Shown: positions 1 to 8,653 of the stretch, piece after piece
How the letters are laid out: the number at the start of each line of letters is the position of its first letter
Numbering within the stretch: the first letter of the stretch is position 1
IMG/VR virus record: IMGVR_UViG_2695420701_000012
Length of the DNA stretch: 12,776 nucleotides
Source of the DNA: a virus
Taxonomy: Duplodnaviria; Heunggongvirae; Uroviricota; Caudoviricetes
Strand: one strand, 5' to 3'
The notes under the pieces: generated by a model
The model's input: the letters and a program-made list of their open reading frames with translations, nothing else
Told to the model about the DNA's origin: nothing
The model's database searches: none
Translations under genes and position numbers: made by a program

Positions 1-182
1 ACACTAAATCAGTAAGTTGGCAGCATCACCCCGCCACAGAACAATTATTGCTTTTGCCGTTGATGACAATAAAGTTTTTATCGCAGGCGTATACCACGGT
101 GGGCAAATCTATGAAACCGATTTTTTATCCAGTGCACCGTAAAACCCCCATCCTTCAGGGCGTGGCGGATATCAAACTTTGG

Positions 183-1265
183 TCATTTTCTCTGGCTGAT
201 CTTTACCGGATAACCATCCCGAAGATCAATTAAGTGCTCCGGTTCAGAAGCAAACCATGCATAAGATCCCCACGCCAATTCTGGTATTGCCTTTTTAAAA
301 GGCAGAGCACTTCTGTCCATAAATGCCGTAAGGAATGCAAGATTTTTCTCGCTGAACCCAGCGTCAATAGCCAAATGAGTGAGAGTAACTTTTCGTTCCC
401 TGTTTATAGGCCCATCTGTCGCAACTACTTCAGTGAAAACTACAAGCATGTCCGAACCCGTTCGGTCCTCTCCCAAATCAATCAAAATAATATCTGGAAG
501 TGCTTTTGAGGCATCAATATTCAGCCCCAATGCTTTTGCCAATACATCATCCTGAGCAACAACTTTATTCCCGGATTCAGACAACCAGAGCACAGTTGGA
601 TTCTTAAGAAAATTAGGAGCAAAAACTTCGATGACGGCCTTAGCTATTGTACTTGACGGGCCCGGAGCTAAAGTTCTCTTCTCTCCATTTGGGAAAGTGA
701 CGACTACGGCATCAGCAGCAATCACTGCCCCTGATTTCAATAAACGCAACCTAGCAAGAGCGGCTTTGTTCAAATGATTTTCTTGCCAGGAACTTATTGC
801 ACTCAGCAGCGAATCTCCTTCAAGCCCGGCATCAAAGAGTGCTGCAAAAGAGCGATTCAAACTGTAACGAGGACGAGAGGATGTGGTGGGTATACCTTTA
901 CGCTCAACAATTGCATTGCAAGGTATTAGGCCATTTTTTATAGTTTCATCACGTATTGGCTCACGCGTATTTTCCGCATACCATGCATCAGCAGGCCTTA
1001 TCTTTTGTTTAGAGAAAGTCATCTTTACCCAGCTTTCTCTGGACGCATCATCAGTAAGAGCAGCCTGCGAATCTCCCATACTTACAACCTGGCTGGGCCT
1101 TATCCATCGCCCCAGCCCCTCAACCGCACCAGCATAAAACATGACAAAAATTGTTTTTGCAGCTATTTCCCGAATTAAATATCCACGATTCTCAGTCCCT
1201 TCAGGGAAAATTAATTGTAATCTTTCCCGGATAACATTCAATGGGGGAACAACAGGCAGATTCAT
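183..1265 (-). CDS. Putative restriction endonuclease partner of the adjacent methyltransferase (type II R-M; family unresolved, possibly BsuBI/PstI-like)
   Basis: 360-aa ORF on the same strand, immediately downstream of the methyltransferase. Its ATG (1263-1265) overlaps the methyltransferase TGA stop in an ATGA arrangement, indicating translational coupling. It shares the low GC (~42%) of the methyltransferase gene. I cannot see a clear catalytic motif by eye, so function is inferred from context. Confidence 0.45.
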   Translation of the reverse strand: MNLPVVPPLNVIRERLQLIFPEGTENRGYLIREIAAKTIFVMFYAGAVEGLGRWIRPSQVVSMGDSQAALTDDASRESWVKMTFSKQKIRPADAWYAENTREPIRDETIKNGLIPCNAIVERKGIPTTSSRPRYSLNRSFAALFDAGLEGDSLLSAISSWQENHLNKAALARLRLLKSGAVIAADAVVVTFPNGEKRTLAPGPSSTIAKAVIEVFAPNFLKNPTVLWLSESGNKVVAQDDVLAKALGLNIDASKALPDIILIDLGEDRTGSDMLVVFTEVVATDGPINRERKVTLTHLAIDAGFSEKNLAFLTAFMDRSALPFKKAIPELAWGSYAWFASEPEHLIDLRDGYPVKISQRK

Positions 1266-3094
1266 GCAATCATCACTCCATAGAAACCAGCGATAGTTCT
1301 CTCAATAATCCGTCTGTGGACGCCAGCATCAATTAACGATTGAATCTCCATCACCTGCTCCAGAGAAGGCAACGGGATTGAATTCAATTCATAGGCCGAA
1401 ACAGCAACACTTCCGCTTATACACCTGAACGCCCGATCGACAACATGCGAATTAAGTAGCATATCAATAACATCAGGGCGAACCGCAGAGAACAATCCGT
1501 TTGAATATACAATATTAATATGGTTTTCAACTACTACGCCACCAGTTTCATCTATAAATCCCTGAGGTAAAATTGCCGCTAAAATCCTTCTGTCCTGTTC
1601 CTTCGATGTTGTCCGCTGAACAAGCACACATTCAGATTTTGTCACAAGGAAACCCTGTTGTGGGGTTATATCGATATAGGGAACATGATTTTTTCTGTCT
1701 GCACTAAAACGAAAACCAGCTGAAGTTATTGATTCCGCCCAGACTAATGGGTAGCTATTTTTTCCTTTCGTCGTACGCAACTGCGACTTAAATCGATTCC
1801 AGACTAACTGACCTGTAGAGACTGAGTATCCCAGATCAGCTAAACGCGTAGACATCTGTTTTAATACATTAAGAAAACAGGCATCATCTTTAACGCGTGG
1901 CAAAAGCCACGTTGCTCCACCTTTTTCTATATCAACATTACCTATTTTCTCAATTTTTGCTTTGTTCAACCCCTTAGGGACAAGTGAGGATACCTGGGCC
2001 CGAACTTTATGTTCTCCCGCCTTGAATGCTGTCAACATTGTTTCCTGGAGAACATCGTCAAAGACCCCATCCCTGTCAGTGACGAAATCAAGGGCATACG
2101 GAGTAGTTTTTTCGGTCAAAAGGGTTCGCAGCGCGGTGAAATACTGCCCACCAAGAAAAGAAGTTGGCGTAAGAAATGCAATAACTCCTGTTTTCTCTTT
2201 AACCATGCGAACAGCTAAGTCGGTGAACAATCCATATAGATTTGCATGACCAAATAACGAACGAGAATATTTTTCTCTCGTTTTAATATCGAGAGTGACA
2301 CGTCCGTAAGGCGGATTCCCTACCACAAGATCATAACCAGAAAATTTATCTTGCTGAAGCGCATCAGCAACAATAATTGTATCTTCAGGCAATCTACGTT
2401 TTACCTTTACACATAGTGGCATTAGTACAGATTCGAGCAATACCAAACTCATCCAAGCCGCAAATGGATCGATTTCTATCCCCTTTAAACGACGACTGAT
2501 TCTCCTCAACATCCATTCAGGGGAAGACCCCTTGTCTTTTTTTAACATTCGAATGGCTACTGGTGCCAAAAATGCACCGCCACCACACGCAGGATCAATA
2601 ACCGATGCATGAGAAAAATCAACACCAGACTTTTCAGCCAGGTCCAAGAGACGCGCTACCAAAGGTGGGGGGGTATAGTAAGCCCCCAATTCCGAACGGT
2701 AAGCGGATGGCAGCATTACCGTATAAATTGACCCAATCAGATATCCAGCGTCCTCCGCCGGAAATTGAGCAATAAGCTCACCTGTTCGTTCAGCGAGCTC
2801 GCGTGCATCACATGGAATGTCTTCTATGTAAACAGTGTGCGGTACTGCCCTCATTTTAATGCTGCTTTTTTGCTTTTTTGCAAGGGTATCCCAATATGCA
2901 GCTACGATGCTGAAGCAGTATGAGCGGGCATGCATCAACCTTGACTGCCCGGTTTTGTAATTGCCCGCATAACCTTTGGCCATGGCTTTACAAGTTTGAT
3001 ATCTTTCCAGATTAGAAAACTCATTATCTGTAAAAAAATCAAAATGTTGCACATTCATAATGTAAAATCCTAATGTATCAAACATGCGGGCCAT
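1262..3094 (-). CDS. N6-adenine DNA methyltransferase, gamma-class amino-MTase (SAM-binding motif I before catalytic NPPY motif)
   Basis: 610-aa ORF. The translation contains DPACGGGAFL (motif I-like, FxGxG) around residue 165 and VVGNPPYGRV (motif IV, NPPY) around residue 263, with about 340 aa C-terminal that could be a target-recognition domain. An alternative start at Met13 (3058) has an AGGA Shine-Dalgarno; the exact start is uncertain. Confidence 0.85.
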   Translation of the reverse strand: MARMFDTLGFYIMNVQHFDFFTDNEFSNLERYQTCKAMAKGYAGNYKTGQSRLMHARSYCFSIVAAYWDTLAKKQKSSIKMRAVPHTVYIEDIPCDARELAERTGELIAQFPAEDAGYLIGSIYTVMLPSAYRSELGAYYTPPPLVARLLDLAEKSGVDFSHASVIDPACGGGAFLAPVAIRMLKKDKGSSPEWMLRRISRRLKGIEIDPFAAWMSLVLLESVLMPLCVKVKRRLPEDTIIVADALQQDKFSGYDLVVGNPPYGRVTLDIKTREKYSRSLFGHANLYGLFTDLAVRMVKEKTGVIAFLTPTSFLGGQYFTALRTLLTEKTTPYALDFVTDRDGVFDDVLQETMLTAFKAGEHKVRAQVSSLVPKGLNKAKIEKIGNVDIEKGGATWLLPRVKDDACFLNVLKQMSTRLADLGYSVSTGQLVWNRFKSQLRTTKGKNSYPLVWAESITSAGFRFSADRKNHVPYIDITPQQGFLVTKSECVLVQRTTSKEQDRRILAAILPQGFIDETGGVVVENHINIVYSNGLFSAVRPDVIDMLLNSHVVDRAFRCISGSVAVSAYELNSIPLPSLEQVMEIQSLIDAGVHRRIIERTIAGFYGVMIA

Positions 3095-3308
3095 AACATC
3101 TCATGGTGGCGCATAGCAAACTGGCCCGAAGAATATCACGCACCAAGTCGATCTCATAACCCGTTATGACAATAAATCTTTGTAGCTGAACTCACTTGGT
3201 GATTTGTCAATCATTCCTGGCCTCCAGTTCGTCCTGAATCTCTTTATCGAGTTCACCGTATTTGTTAGTCCTCATCACTCACGACTTGACTTCCAGAAAT
3301 AACCTTGA

Positions 3309-3665
3309 TTATTCGGGGCTATATTTTGTCACCCTGCGTATCCGCGCTTTCGCATTACGCTCAATCTGGATTAGCTTTTCTATATTTTTTCGCCTTTCCC
3401 GCTCCTCCTGGCGCAAGAGCCTTACATCATCTGCCAGTCTGGTTTCTCTTTTCGCCACAGAGAGCATCCAGTCAAATGGCTCCACAACTGCACCGCAAAT
3501 TTTACAGCGGACCTGACGCTCTTTTTCGTCAACCCGGACAGAAGCGTGATGGCAATATGGTCTTTCCGATGGCTCATAAAGAAAATTAACCTGATTACGA
3601 GGGTTATCCTCTTTTACCGGAAATAAAACAATATTGCTTAACTCATCTTCTGGTTTTATTTCCAT
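3309..3665 (-). CDS. Hypothetical phage protein (about 118 aa, Cys/His-containing, basic C-terminus)
   Basis: Long ORF 3309-3722 in the track. The internal ATG at 3665 is preceded by a strong AGGAGAGGAG Shine-Dalgarno, so I prefer it as the start. Contains CHH and CKICG spacing suggestive of a small zinc-binding element. Confidence 0.5.
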   Translation of the reverse strand: MEIKPEDELSNIVLFPVKEDNPRNQVNFLYEPSERPYCHHASVRVDEKERQVRCKICGAVVEPFDWMLSVAKRETRLADDVRLLRQEERERRKNIEKLIQIERNAKARIRRVTKYSPE

Positions 3666-3722
3666 GCTCCTCTCCTTTGATGCGAATGCCAGCGGTAATT
3701 GAAGCCTGATAGCTAATTTCAC

Positions 3723-4145
3723 TCACAGTACCGCCTCCTGAAAATCACCCTGATAGAAAGCCGGTACACGCTGCATAACTTCACTCTTCCGGCACTCGCG
3801 ACAGATTATGTTCTGATGTCTGTCGTAGCGGCGTATTTCTCCGTCTGGTAATGACCAGATAAGGTCAGGATCAACCACAGATGGTTTCTTCAGATTTGCC
3901 CTTGAGAGTTTTTTGCGGGCGTTTTGCCAGTCCTTACGAGCCTGTTCAGACGGGAATAACCCGTAGCCAGAGTTGTATACATCCCCACTGGCAACCAGCT
4001 CTCTGGCGAGAACGCTTATTAAATATCTTGTCGCCCCGGTTTTAGCTTCCAGTTGTCGTAACGTCTCGCGCCCACTCTGGCGTACGAGTTCAACAACCTG
4101 CCCCTTAATTTTTTCCCGCTCTTCCTGTGTAAATACTTTTGCCAT
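3723..4145 (-). CDS. Hypothetical phage protein (about 140 aa, CRECRK Cys pair near C-terminus)
   Basis: ORF 3723-4160 in the track uses a TTG at 4160; the first ATG is at 4145 (MAKVFTQEE...). Tightly packed with the flanking genes on the same strand. Confidence 0.45.
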   Translation of the reverse strand: MAKVFTQEEREKIKGQVVELVRQSGRETLRQLEAKTGATRYLISVLARELVASGDVYNSGYGLFPSEQARKDWQNARKKLSRANLKKPSVVDPDLIWSLPDGEIRRYDRHQNIICRECRKSEVMQRVPAFYQGDFQEAVL

Positions 4146-4160
4146 AAGCGCCCCCGGCAA

Positions 4161-4886
4161 TCACTTTTCCGACACAATACGACCGGAGGAATCGACAATC
4201 TGTCGAACAATATCCCGGTGCTTGTTCAGCTCCCGCAACGCGGCGCAGACACGCTCCCACTTCTGGACATGACTTTTCGCCCGACGCAGTTCGCGGTTTG
4301 CCATATGCAGCGATGGTAAAACCAGGTCATCCGCTTGCGTTTCGGTGAACGATGGCAACGACTGCACAATGTCCGCCACAGTTTCTGTTTTAATTTCTTC
4401 CTGTGTTGCAGCTTCCTGTACCGGTAACGCAACACCTGCTGGCTGAGGAAAGACTTTACCATCCGTTTCCGCTATGGATGCGGCTTTCGGCTCTGCCGGT
4501 AAATCAGCGCCCGGTATGCAGTACCGAAATTTACCGCCCTGATTCACGCGAATCAGACGCCCTTTGCTGATTGCCATGGCCAGCGATGAATTCGCCCGGC
4601 GGGAGGTAATCCCGAACATCAGTGCCAGCTCATCCGCCGTTTGTGGGCCATGTTGTTCAATCGCCTCAGTCAGCATTTGCGCTGTCACTTTCGGTACCGG
4701 TGACACTGGTTCACTTTCACCAGCCTGAATCAGCCACCACATCGAACCCTTGTTATCCGCTTCACCACGGCGCTTCAGTTTCCACAGTTCGTTGACCGCA
4801 TCTTCACGGCTGATTCCAAGGCGGGACGCCACCACATGTGAAGAGGCTCTTTTCAGTGCTTTCAGTGCGTCAAATACAGTTTCCAT
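4161..4886 (-). CDS. Hypothetical prophage protein (about 241 aa, two winged-helix-like segments)
   Basis: Track ORF begins at a TTG (4904); the ATG at 4886 is preceded by GGAGG at good spacing. Lies immediately downstream of the DnaC-like gene, in the position of lambdoid nin-region genes. Confidence 0.55.
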   Translation of the reverse strand: METVFDALKALKRASSHVVASRLGISREDAVNELWKLKRRGEADNKGSMWWLIQAGESEPVSPVPKVTAQMLTEAIEQHGPQTADELALMFGITSRRANSSLAMAISKGRLIRVNQGGKFRYCIPGADLPAEPKAASIAETDGKVFPQPAGVALPVQEAATQEEIKTETVADIVQSLPSFTETQADDLVLPSLHMANRELRRAKSHVQKWERVCAALRELNKHRDIVRQIVDSSGRIVSEK

Positions 4887-4907
4887 TAAAACATCCTCCA
4901 ACAAAAA

Positions 4908-5654
4908 TTACTTCACAACTCCCGGAAAGCTGACATTTGAACGCCAGCTATCCCAGTTAAACGTCACCCACCGACAACCGTTCATGGTCATGCGGTCCAT
5001 AATCCTCTCACCAAGAAGCGTGCTCATTGCGGCATGATTCAGGTTTGTTAACATCCCGACACTGCACAGTGATGCTGTCCGGCGATCAATTATCTGGTGC
5101 AATACCACCTGCTCGTTTTTCGTCTCCCGCTGAATGCCTATTTCATCCAGGACCAGCAAATCAACCCCGCAAAGCTCCTGTAAAAATTTTTCACCGGATT
5201 TGCCGTTGTCGTAGCTGTCATGCAACACGCTCATGACATCAGACACGGTGACGATAATCACGCTGCGCCCCTTCGCCATCAGCCAGTTACCCATCGCCGC
5301 TGCAAGGTGATTTTTCCCGGTGCCGGTTTTACCGCTGAACACAAAATTCGTGCACCCGGTCATCAGTTCGTCAGCTATGGATTTGGCCTGGCTCAGCGCG
5401 TATTTTTGCCCGTCGTTCTGCACCTGATAATTCGCAAACGAGCATTTGCTGTGCAGAGGCTGGATGCCCGAACGATTCAGGATTTTTTCCACCCGCAACT
5501 GGCGATTCTGGCGGTTAATCTCCTCGCTGCGTTTTCGTCCTTCAGCAAGTTGCCATTCCCGCCACTCCTCCACCGTCCGGTACGGTGGAACCGCCCCCTG
5601 TGGTGCAAGTCTGTGAATACGTTCAAGAACCCCGGCTGCCGCAATGTTTTTCAT
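4908..5654 (-). CDS. DnaC-like / IstB-like AAA+ ATPase replication protein (helicase loader, lambda P analogue)
   Basis: 248-aa ORF with Walker A GKTGTGKNHLAAA and Walker B LLVLDEIG, typical of the DnaC/IstB family. Sits 6 nt downstream of the initiator gene. Confidence 0.85.
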   Translation of the reverse strand: MKNIAAAGVLERIHRLAPQGAVPPYRTVEEWREWQLAEGRKRSEEINRQNRQLRVEKILNRSGIQPLHSKCSFANYQVQNDGQKYALSQAKSIADELMTGCTNFVFSGKTGTGKNHLAAAMGNWLMAKGRSVIIVTVSDVMSVLHDSYDNGKSGEKFLQELCGVDLLVLDEIGIQRETKNEQVVLHQIIDRRTASLCSVGMLTNLNHAAMSTLLGERIMDRMTMNGCRWVTFNWDSWRSNVSFPGVVK

Positions 5655-5660
5655 GCCACA

Positions 5661-6725
5661 TCACCCCCTGAATCCCGGCGGAATTTCGGTATCCGGTTCA
5701 GAAATATGATTCACACAACGCTGGTTGTTCGTGCCGCTTACCGGGAGCAACCAGGGGTTTTCAAAATTCCGGTCCGGCCCAAAAAACGTCGTCGCTCGCT
5801 GAACAAATTCCGTTCCCGCTTTCCCGGTCGCCGCCAGGTATCTCGCGTAACGCCTCACACCATCCAGCATGGTCTCTGGTGGCACCCCCTCGCGCAATCT
5901 GGCCTTCCAGGCACTGAATGCGGATTTCTTCGGGTTTGCCCCGGCACGCAACGGGTATTCCCGCCAGACCTGTTCGAACACATCCGGATAATCCACTCGT
6001 CCCACAGGCTGCCCGGTGTTTTCCGGGGCTACCCGATCGGCTTCCCGCTGAATGGCGGAATCGGCTTCAGGCTGCTGCAGTTGGAGTGATTGCTCCGGCC
6101 TTGCGGTCATCACCTGCTGCACAGCGCCCGAATCGGCTTTCAGCGCATACGCTGAATCGGCTTCCGGTGTCGAGCCTGCTGGCTGACCAGGATTGACGGT
6201 CTGAACATCCCCTGCCTGGTTCGTGGCGTTTTTTACGCCATGGACCATAGTGTTTTGATCTTCTTTATCTGTATCTTTATCTGTATCTGTCGTGACTCGT
6301 CGTGACATGTGCGTGACATTTCGTGACGCGCCGTGACAATCGCCATTTTGTTCCCGCTTTCTTTCCCTCTCTCGCTGCGCCCTCTTGCGCTCTGCAGGAG
6401 ATTTTGCGGTTTGCGAAATATTGCCGTTGTCCTCTTTAAGCACCTGGCGTTTTTCCCATCCAGTGATTAAATCACCATCAAGTACCCGCCCCTGCATCGT
6501 CTGCAAAATTGAATCAATTACCTCTTCTGTCACGTCGAGCGCACTTGCCAAATCTTCTGTCGTGACATCAATGTGACCTCGCGTGACATTTCGTGACGCG
6601 CTCACCAGGAGGTGGATATACACTGCCATCACTGTTGCAATTGGCTGCCCTGACACCCTGGCAATTGTTCGCCACTTAGGGTCATTTGGCATGTCATGCC
6701 ATAATCTGAGCCAGGCGTTAGCCAT
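5661..6725 (-). CDS. Replication initiation protein, YdaU-like (lambda O analogue), with intragenic iterons
   Basis: Track ORF starts at a GTG (6731); the ATG at 6725 has an AGAGGTGA Shine-Dalgarno. The N-terminal region looks HTH-like, the middle is an acidic/basic low-complexity linker, and the C-terminal segment (VDYPDVFEQVWREYP...FSAWKARL) resembles the YdaU C-terminal domain as I recall it. It precedes the DnaC-like gene, as O precedes P in lambdoid replication modules. Confidence 0.65.
   Translation of the reverse strand: MANAWLRLWHDMPNDPKWRTIARVSGQPIATVMAVYIHLLVSASRNVTRGHIDVTTEDLASALDVTEEVIDSILQTMQGRVLDGDLITGWEKRQVLKEDNGNISQTAKSPAERKRAQRERERKREQNGDCHGASRNVTHMSRRVTTDTDKDTDKEDQNTMVHGVKNATNQAGDVQTVNPGQPAGSTPEADSAYALKADSGAVQQVMTARPEQSLQLQQPEADSAIQREADRVAPENTGQPVGRVDYPDVFEQVWREYPLRAGANPKKSAFSAWKARLREGVPPETMLDGVRRYARYLAATGKAGTEFVQRATTFFGPDRNFENPWLLPVSGTNNQRCVNHISEPDTEIPPGFRG
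6287..6336. repeat. Iteron cluster 1: five CGTGAC(A/G) repeats at about 10-11 bp period, preceded by a tandem 12-mer (tctttatctgta x2, about 6262-6285)
   Basis: CGTGAC copies start near 6289, 6299, 6310, 6320 and 6330, read directly from the sequence. The helical-phase spacing is typical of initiator binding sites. Confidence 0.6.
6529..6598. repeat. Iteron cluster 2: (C/T)GTGAC repeats at about 10 bp period plus one inverted copy
   Basis: TGTCACG (inverted) at 6529-6535; CGTGACA at 6561, TGTGACC at 6572, CGTGACA at 6582, CGTGACG at 6592. The 20-mer gcgtgacatttcgtgacgcg is shared with cluster 1. Confidence 0.55.
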
Positions 6726-6796
6726 ACTCACCTCTTCTGATACCGAATCTTTTTACTCACGAGTTGCCGGGAGCGATTCGATATGGCTATTGTCAG

Positions 6797-7222
6797 TCAA
6801 TGTACTGCCACAGCATTTCCTGCCGGGCCACCACGGTTCATCTGATTGAAACCGGCGATTGCCACTGCGACAAAATCATCAGCGTCTCTCACCAGTCGTT
6901 CATGCGTCTCCACCAGTTCCCGAAAATAAGCTGAACTGTGGCTGCGCATTCGAGCCACCAGCGGAGGTGGCATTGCCCTTTCGATCGCAGGTAACAACGC
7001 CTGAATTTTTTCAACAGCGTCAGGGGTGTCTTTATCCAGCCAACGGAAAATCTTTTGGGTGTTGAGATAAAGCGTGTTGTGCTTGCTGTCGTTATGCAGA
7101 ACCGGAAACGTCATTCCCAGTTCGAAATAAACCCTGGTTATTTCAGCTGCCGGAACTTTTTCACCGTCCGGATGCGCCCAGGCTTTCATCGCCATGCGGA
7201 TGTGTTCATGCTTGATTTTCAT
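6797..7222 (-). CDS. ydaT: YdaT-like protein (proposed CII-analogue regulator of Rac / CP-933P-type prophages)
   Basis: 141-aa ORF starting MKIKHEHI..., a size and N-terminus I recall for the YdaT family. Its ATG overlaps the stop of the upstream Cro-like gene (ATGA at 7219-7222). Confidence 0.6.
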   Translation of the reverse strand: MKIKHEHIRMAMKAWAHPDGEKVPAAEITRVYFELGMTFPVLHNDSKHNTLYLNTQKIFRWLDKDTPDAVEKIQALLPAIERAMPPPLVARMRSHSSAYFRELVETHERLVRDADDFVAVAIAGFNQMNRGGPAGNAVAVH

Positions 7223-7482
7223 GAATCAACCCCCGCCGATGGTTGTGTGTTAGCCTGAAACTCAGCAGGCAAGCCGTCAGTTGGGTTGGGGTAGGTTTTA
7301 CTGTCAATCTCATGTGGGGTCACCACCCATCCCGTTGCTTCACACCAACGTAATATTTTTTCTCCTGTAAGTTTTGCACGCCCCGTTATAACGTGGCTGA
7401 CCATCCCTTGGGATGCGCCAACAATCTCAGCAAATGAACTCTGGGTTATATGAAAATGATGCAAATATTCTCCAAGATTCAT
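7219..7482 (-). CDS. ydaS: Cro / YdaS-like helix-turn-helix regulator
   Basis: The translation from the ATG at 7482 (MNLGEYLHHFHITQSSFAEIVGASQGMVSHVITG...) has an HTH-like Q..FAE..G.SQ..VS pattern. It is divergent from the repressor gene across an operator-containing intergenic region. The track ORF extends to 7509 with an earlier in-frame ATG; the true start is uncertain. Confidence 0.7.
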   Translation of the reverse strand: MNLGEYLHHFHITQSSFAEIVGASQGMVSHVITGRAKLTGEKILRWCEATGWVVTPHEIDSKTYPNPTDGLPAEFQANTQPSAGVDS

Positions 7483-7518
7483 AATCCGCCCTATGTGATG
7501 TGTTACCAATGCATAATT

Positions 7519-7581
7519 AATAGCACTGTTATTTTTAAAAGTAAATAGTGATGCTATTTCAAAGTGATTAGCAATCTTATT
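7519..7581. promoter_or_regulatory. Right operator region (OR-like): palindromes AATAGC-N3-GTTATT (7519-7533), AATAGT-N3-GCTATT (7544-7558) and a weaker ATTAGC-N3-CTTATT (7567-7581), between divergent cro-like and repressor genes
   Basis: Inverted-repeat half-sites read directly from the sequence. The first two centres are 25 bp apart, matching the spacing at 8654-8693. The divergent promoters must lie in this 110-bp interval. Confidence 0.55.
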
Positions 7582-7593
7582 AGAATTGGATGT

Positions 7594-8094
7594 ATGAAAA
7601 GAAAATCATTGTCAGACACCGACCTCAACGCCGCCAGAAGACTGAAAGAAATCTGGATGGCAAAGAAATCTCAGTTGGGATTGACTCAGGAACGTGCGGC
7701 GGAAATTATGGGGTTTTCAACACAAGGGGCGGTAAGTCACTACCTAAATGGTCAAACCCCACTAAACCTTGAGGCTGTTCTAAAGTTTGCTGGCTTACTG
7801 AAAGTTCCCCCTGAGTCAATCAGGCCAGACATGGTAGATTTGCTGCAAATTGCAAGGATGTATTGTCGAGAACCACAGCAAGATAACATAGTCGCATTAC
7901 CAGCAGACACAGAACAAACAGAGGATGAACTACCGTTTGCCGTAGAGCCGATGGAACGAGATTTAATCCATACGTTCAGAGCTTTTCCGAAAGAAGATCA
8001 AGAACACATGCTTCAGGAGATGAAAGATAAAAAAGAATCAATGGATCGTACGGTTGCGCGGTGGTTAGCTGCACAAAAAGGCCGTCGCGCCTAA
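7594..8094 (+). CDS. HTH (XRE-type) prophage repressor / TA-operon regulator, PaaR-like
   Basis: 166 aa from the first ATG; the track ORF starts at a GTG (7564) that would overlap the third operator. HTH segment LTQERAAEIMGFSTQGAVSHYLNG. It is the first gene of a three-gene operon with the antitoxin and ParE toxin, the arrangement I recall for paaR2-paaA2-parE2 in E. coli O157 prophage. Confidence 0.7.
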   Translation: MKRKSLSDTDLNAARRLKEIWMAKKSQLGLTQERAAEIMGFSTQGAVSHYLNGQTPLNLEAVLKFAGLLKVPPESIRPDMVDLLQIARMYCREPQQDNIVALPADTEQTEDELPFAVEPMERDLIHTFRAFPKEDQEHMLQEMKDKKESMDRTVARWLAAQKGRRA

Positions 8095-8113
8095 ATCAGA
8101 GGAGATATGTAAA

Positions 8114-8308
8114 ATGAGTACAGTCCTTTCCCCAATGGTTTCAGAATTTGAGACAGTTGAGCAAGAAAATAGTTACAACGAATGGCTGCGGGCCAAAGTA
8201 GCAGCAAGCCTCGCGGATCCCCGCCCGGCGATTCCGCATGATGAGGTAATGGCGGAAATGGAACAAATTATTGCCCAAATTGCTGCTGCAACTCACAGAG
8301 GTGAATAA
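8114..8308 (+). CDS. Small antitoxin (PaaA-like) of the ParE-family toxin
   Basis: 64-aa acidic ORF with a GAGGAG Shine-Dalgarno upstream. Its TAA stop overlaps the toxin ATG (TAATG at 8306-8310). Confidence 0.65.
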   Translation: MSTVLSPMVSEFETVEQENSYNEWLRAKVAASLADPRPAIPHDEVMAEMEQIIAQIAAATHRGE

Positions 8309-8598
8309 TGTTACCCGTTTTATGGCTACCATCTGCTCGTGATGATTTGCGCCAGATCGTAGCCTACATAGCTAAAGAAAATCCCGCGGCAGCACGCAGA
8401 ATGAAAATTCGAATTGAAACATCCGTTTTGCCGCTCACAGAGCATCCTTACCTGTATCCTCCAAGCGAGCGAGTTCTTGGTCTTCGTGAAATTGTAACTC
8501 ATCCTAACTACATCATCCTTTACCGAGTAACAGCATCAAGCATAGAAGTAGTAAATATTGTGCATTCTCGAAGACAGTATCCAGGCAAAAACAGTTAA
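8308..8598 (+). CDS. parE: ParE/RelE-superfamily toxin
   Basis: 96 aa. The N-terminus (LPVLWLPSARDDLRQIVAYIAKENPAAARR) and C-terminal region (YIILYRVTASSIEVVNIVHSRR) match the ParE pattern as I know it. Translationally coupled to the upstream antitoxin. Confidence 0.8.
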   Translation: MLPVLWLPSARDDLRQIVAYIAKENPAAARRMKIRIETSVLPLTEHPYLYPPSERVLGLREIVTHPNYIILYRVTASSIEVVNIVHSRRQYPGKNS

Positions 8599-8614
8599 TT
8601 ATTCCCGCCGACAG

Positions 8615-8638
8615 AACCACCTTAGGGTGGTTTTTTCT
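8615..8638 (+). terminator. Rho-independent terminator after the TA operon
   Basis: Stem aaccacc (8615-8621) / ggtggtt (8626-8632) with loop ttag, followed by a T run (ttttttctt). Confidence 0.6.
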
Positions 8639-8653
8639 TGCCCCAACAAAAAC

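Noticed and set aside
1-233. Plus-strand ORF at the window start (track ORF 48-233 with TTG start; another frame reads ...IIAFAVDDNKVFIAGVYHGGQIYETDFLSSAP)
   Set aside because: No ATG or Shine-Dalgarno, frames interrupted by stops near the window edge, and it overlaps the 3' end of the convergent endonuclease gene. It could be a gene remnant but cannot be supported.
5220-6089. 289-aa plus-strand ORF (and other plus-strand ORFs at 234-509, 883-1137, 1962-2249, 3262-3589, 5918-6196, 6385-6849)
   Set aside because: They are antisense to well-supported minus-strand genes (DnaC-like, initiator, methyltransferase), lack Shine-Dalgarno sequences and have low-complexity translations; read as shadow ORFs.
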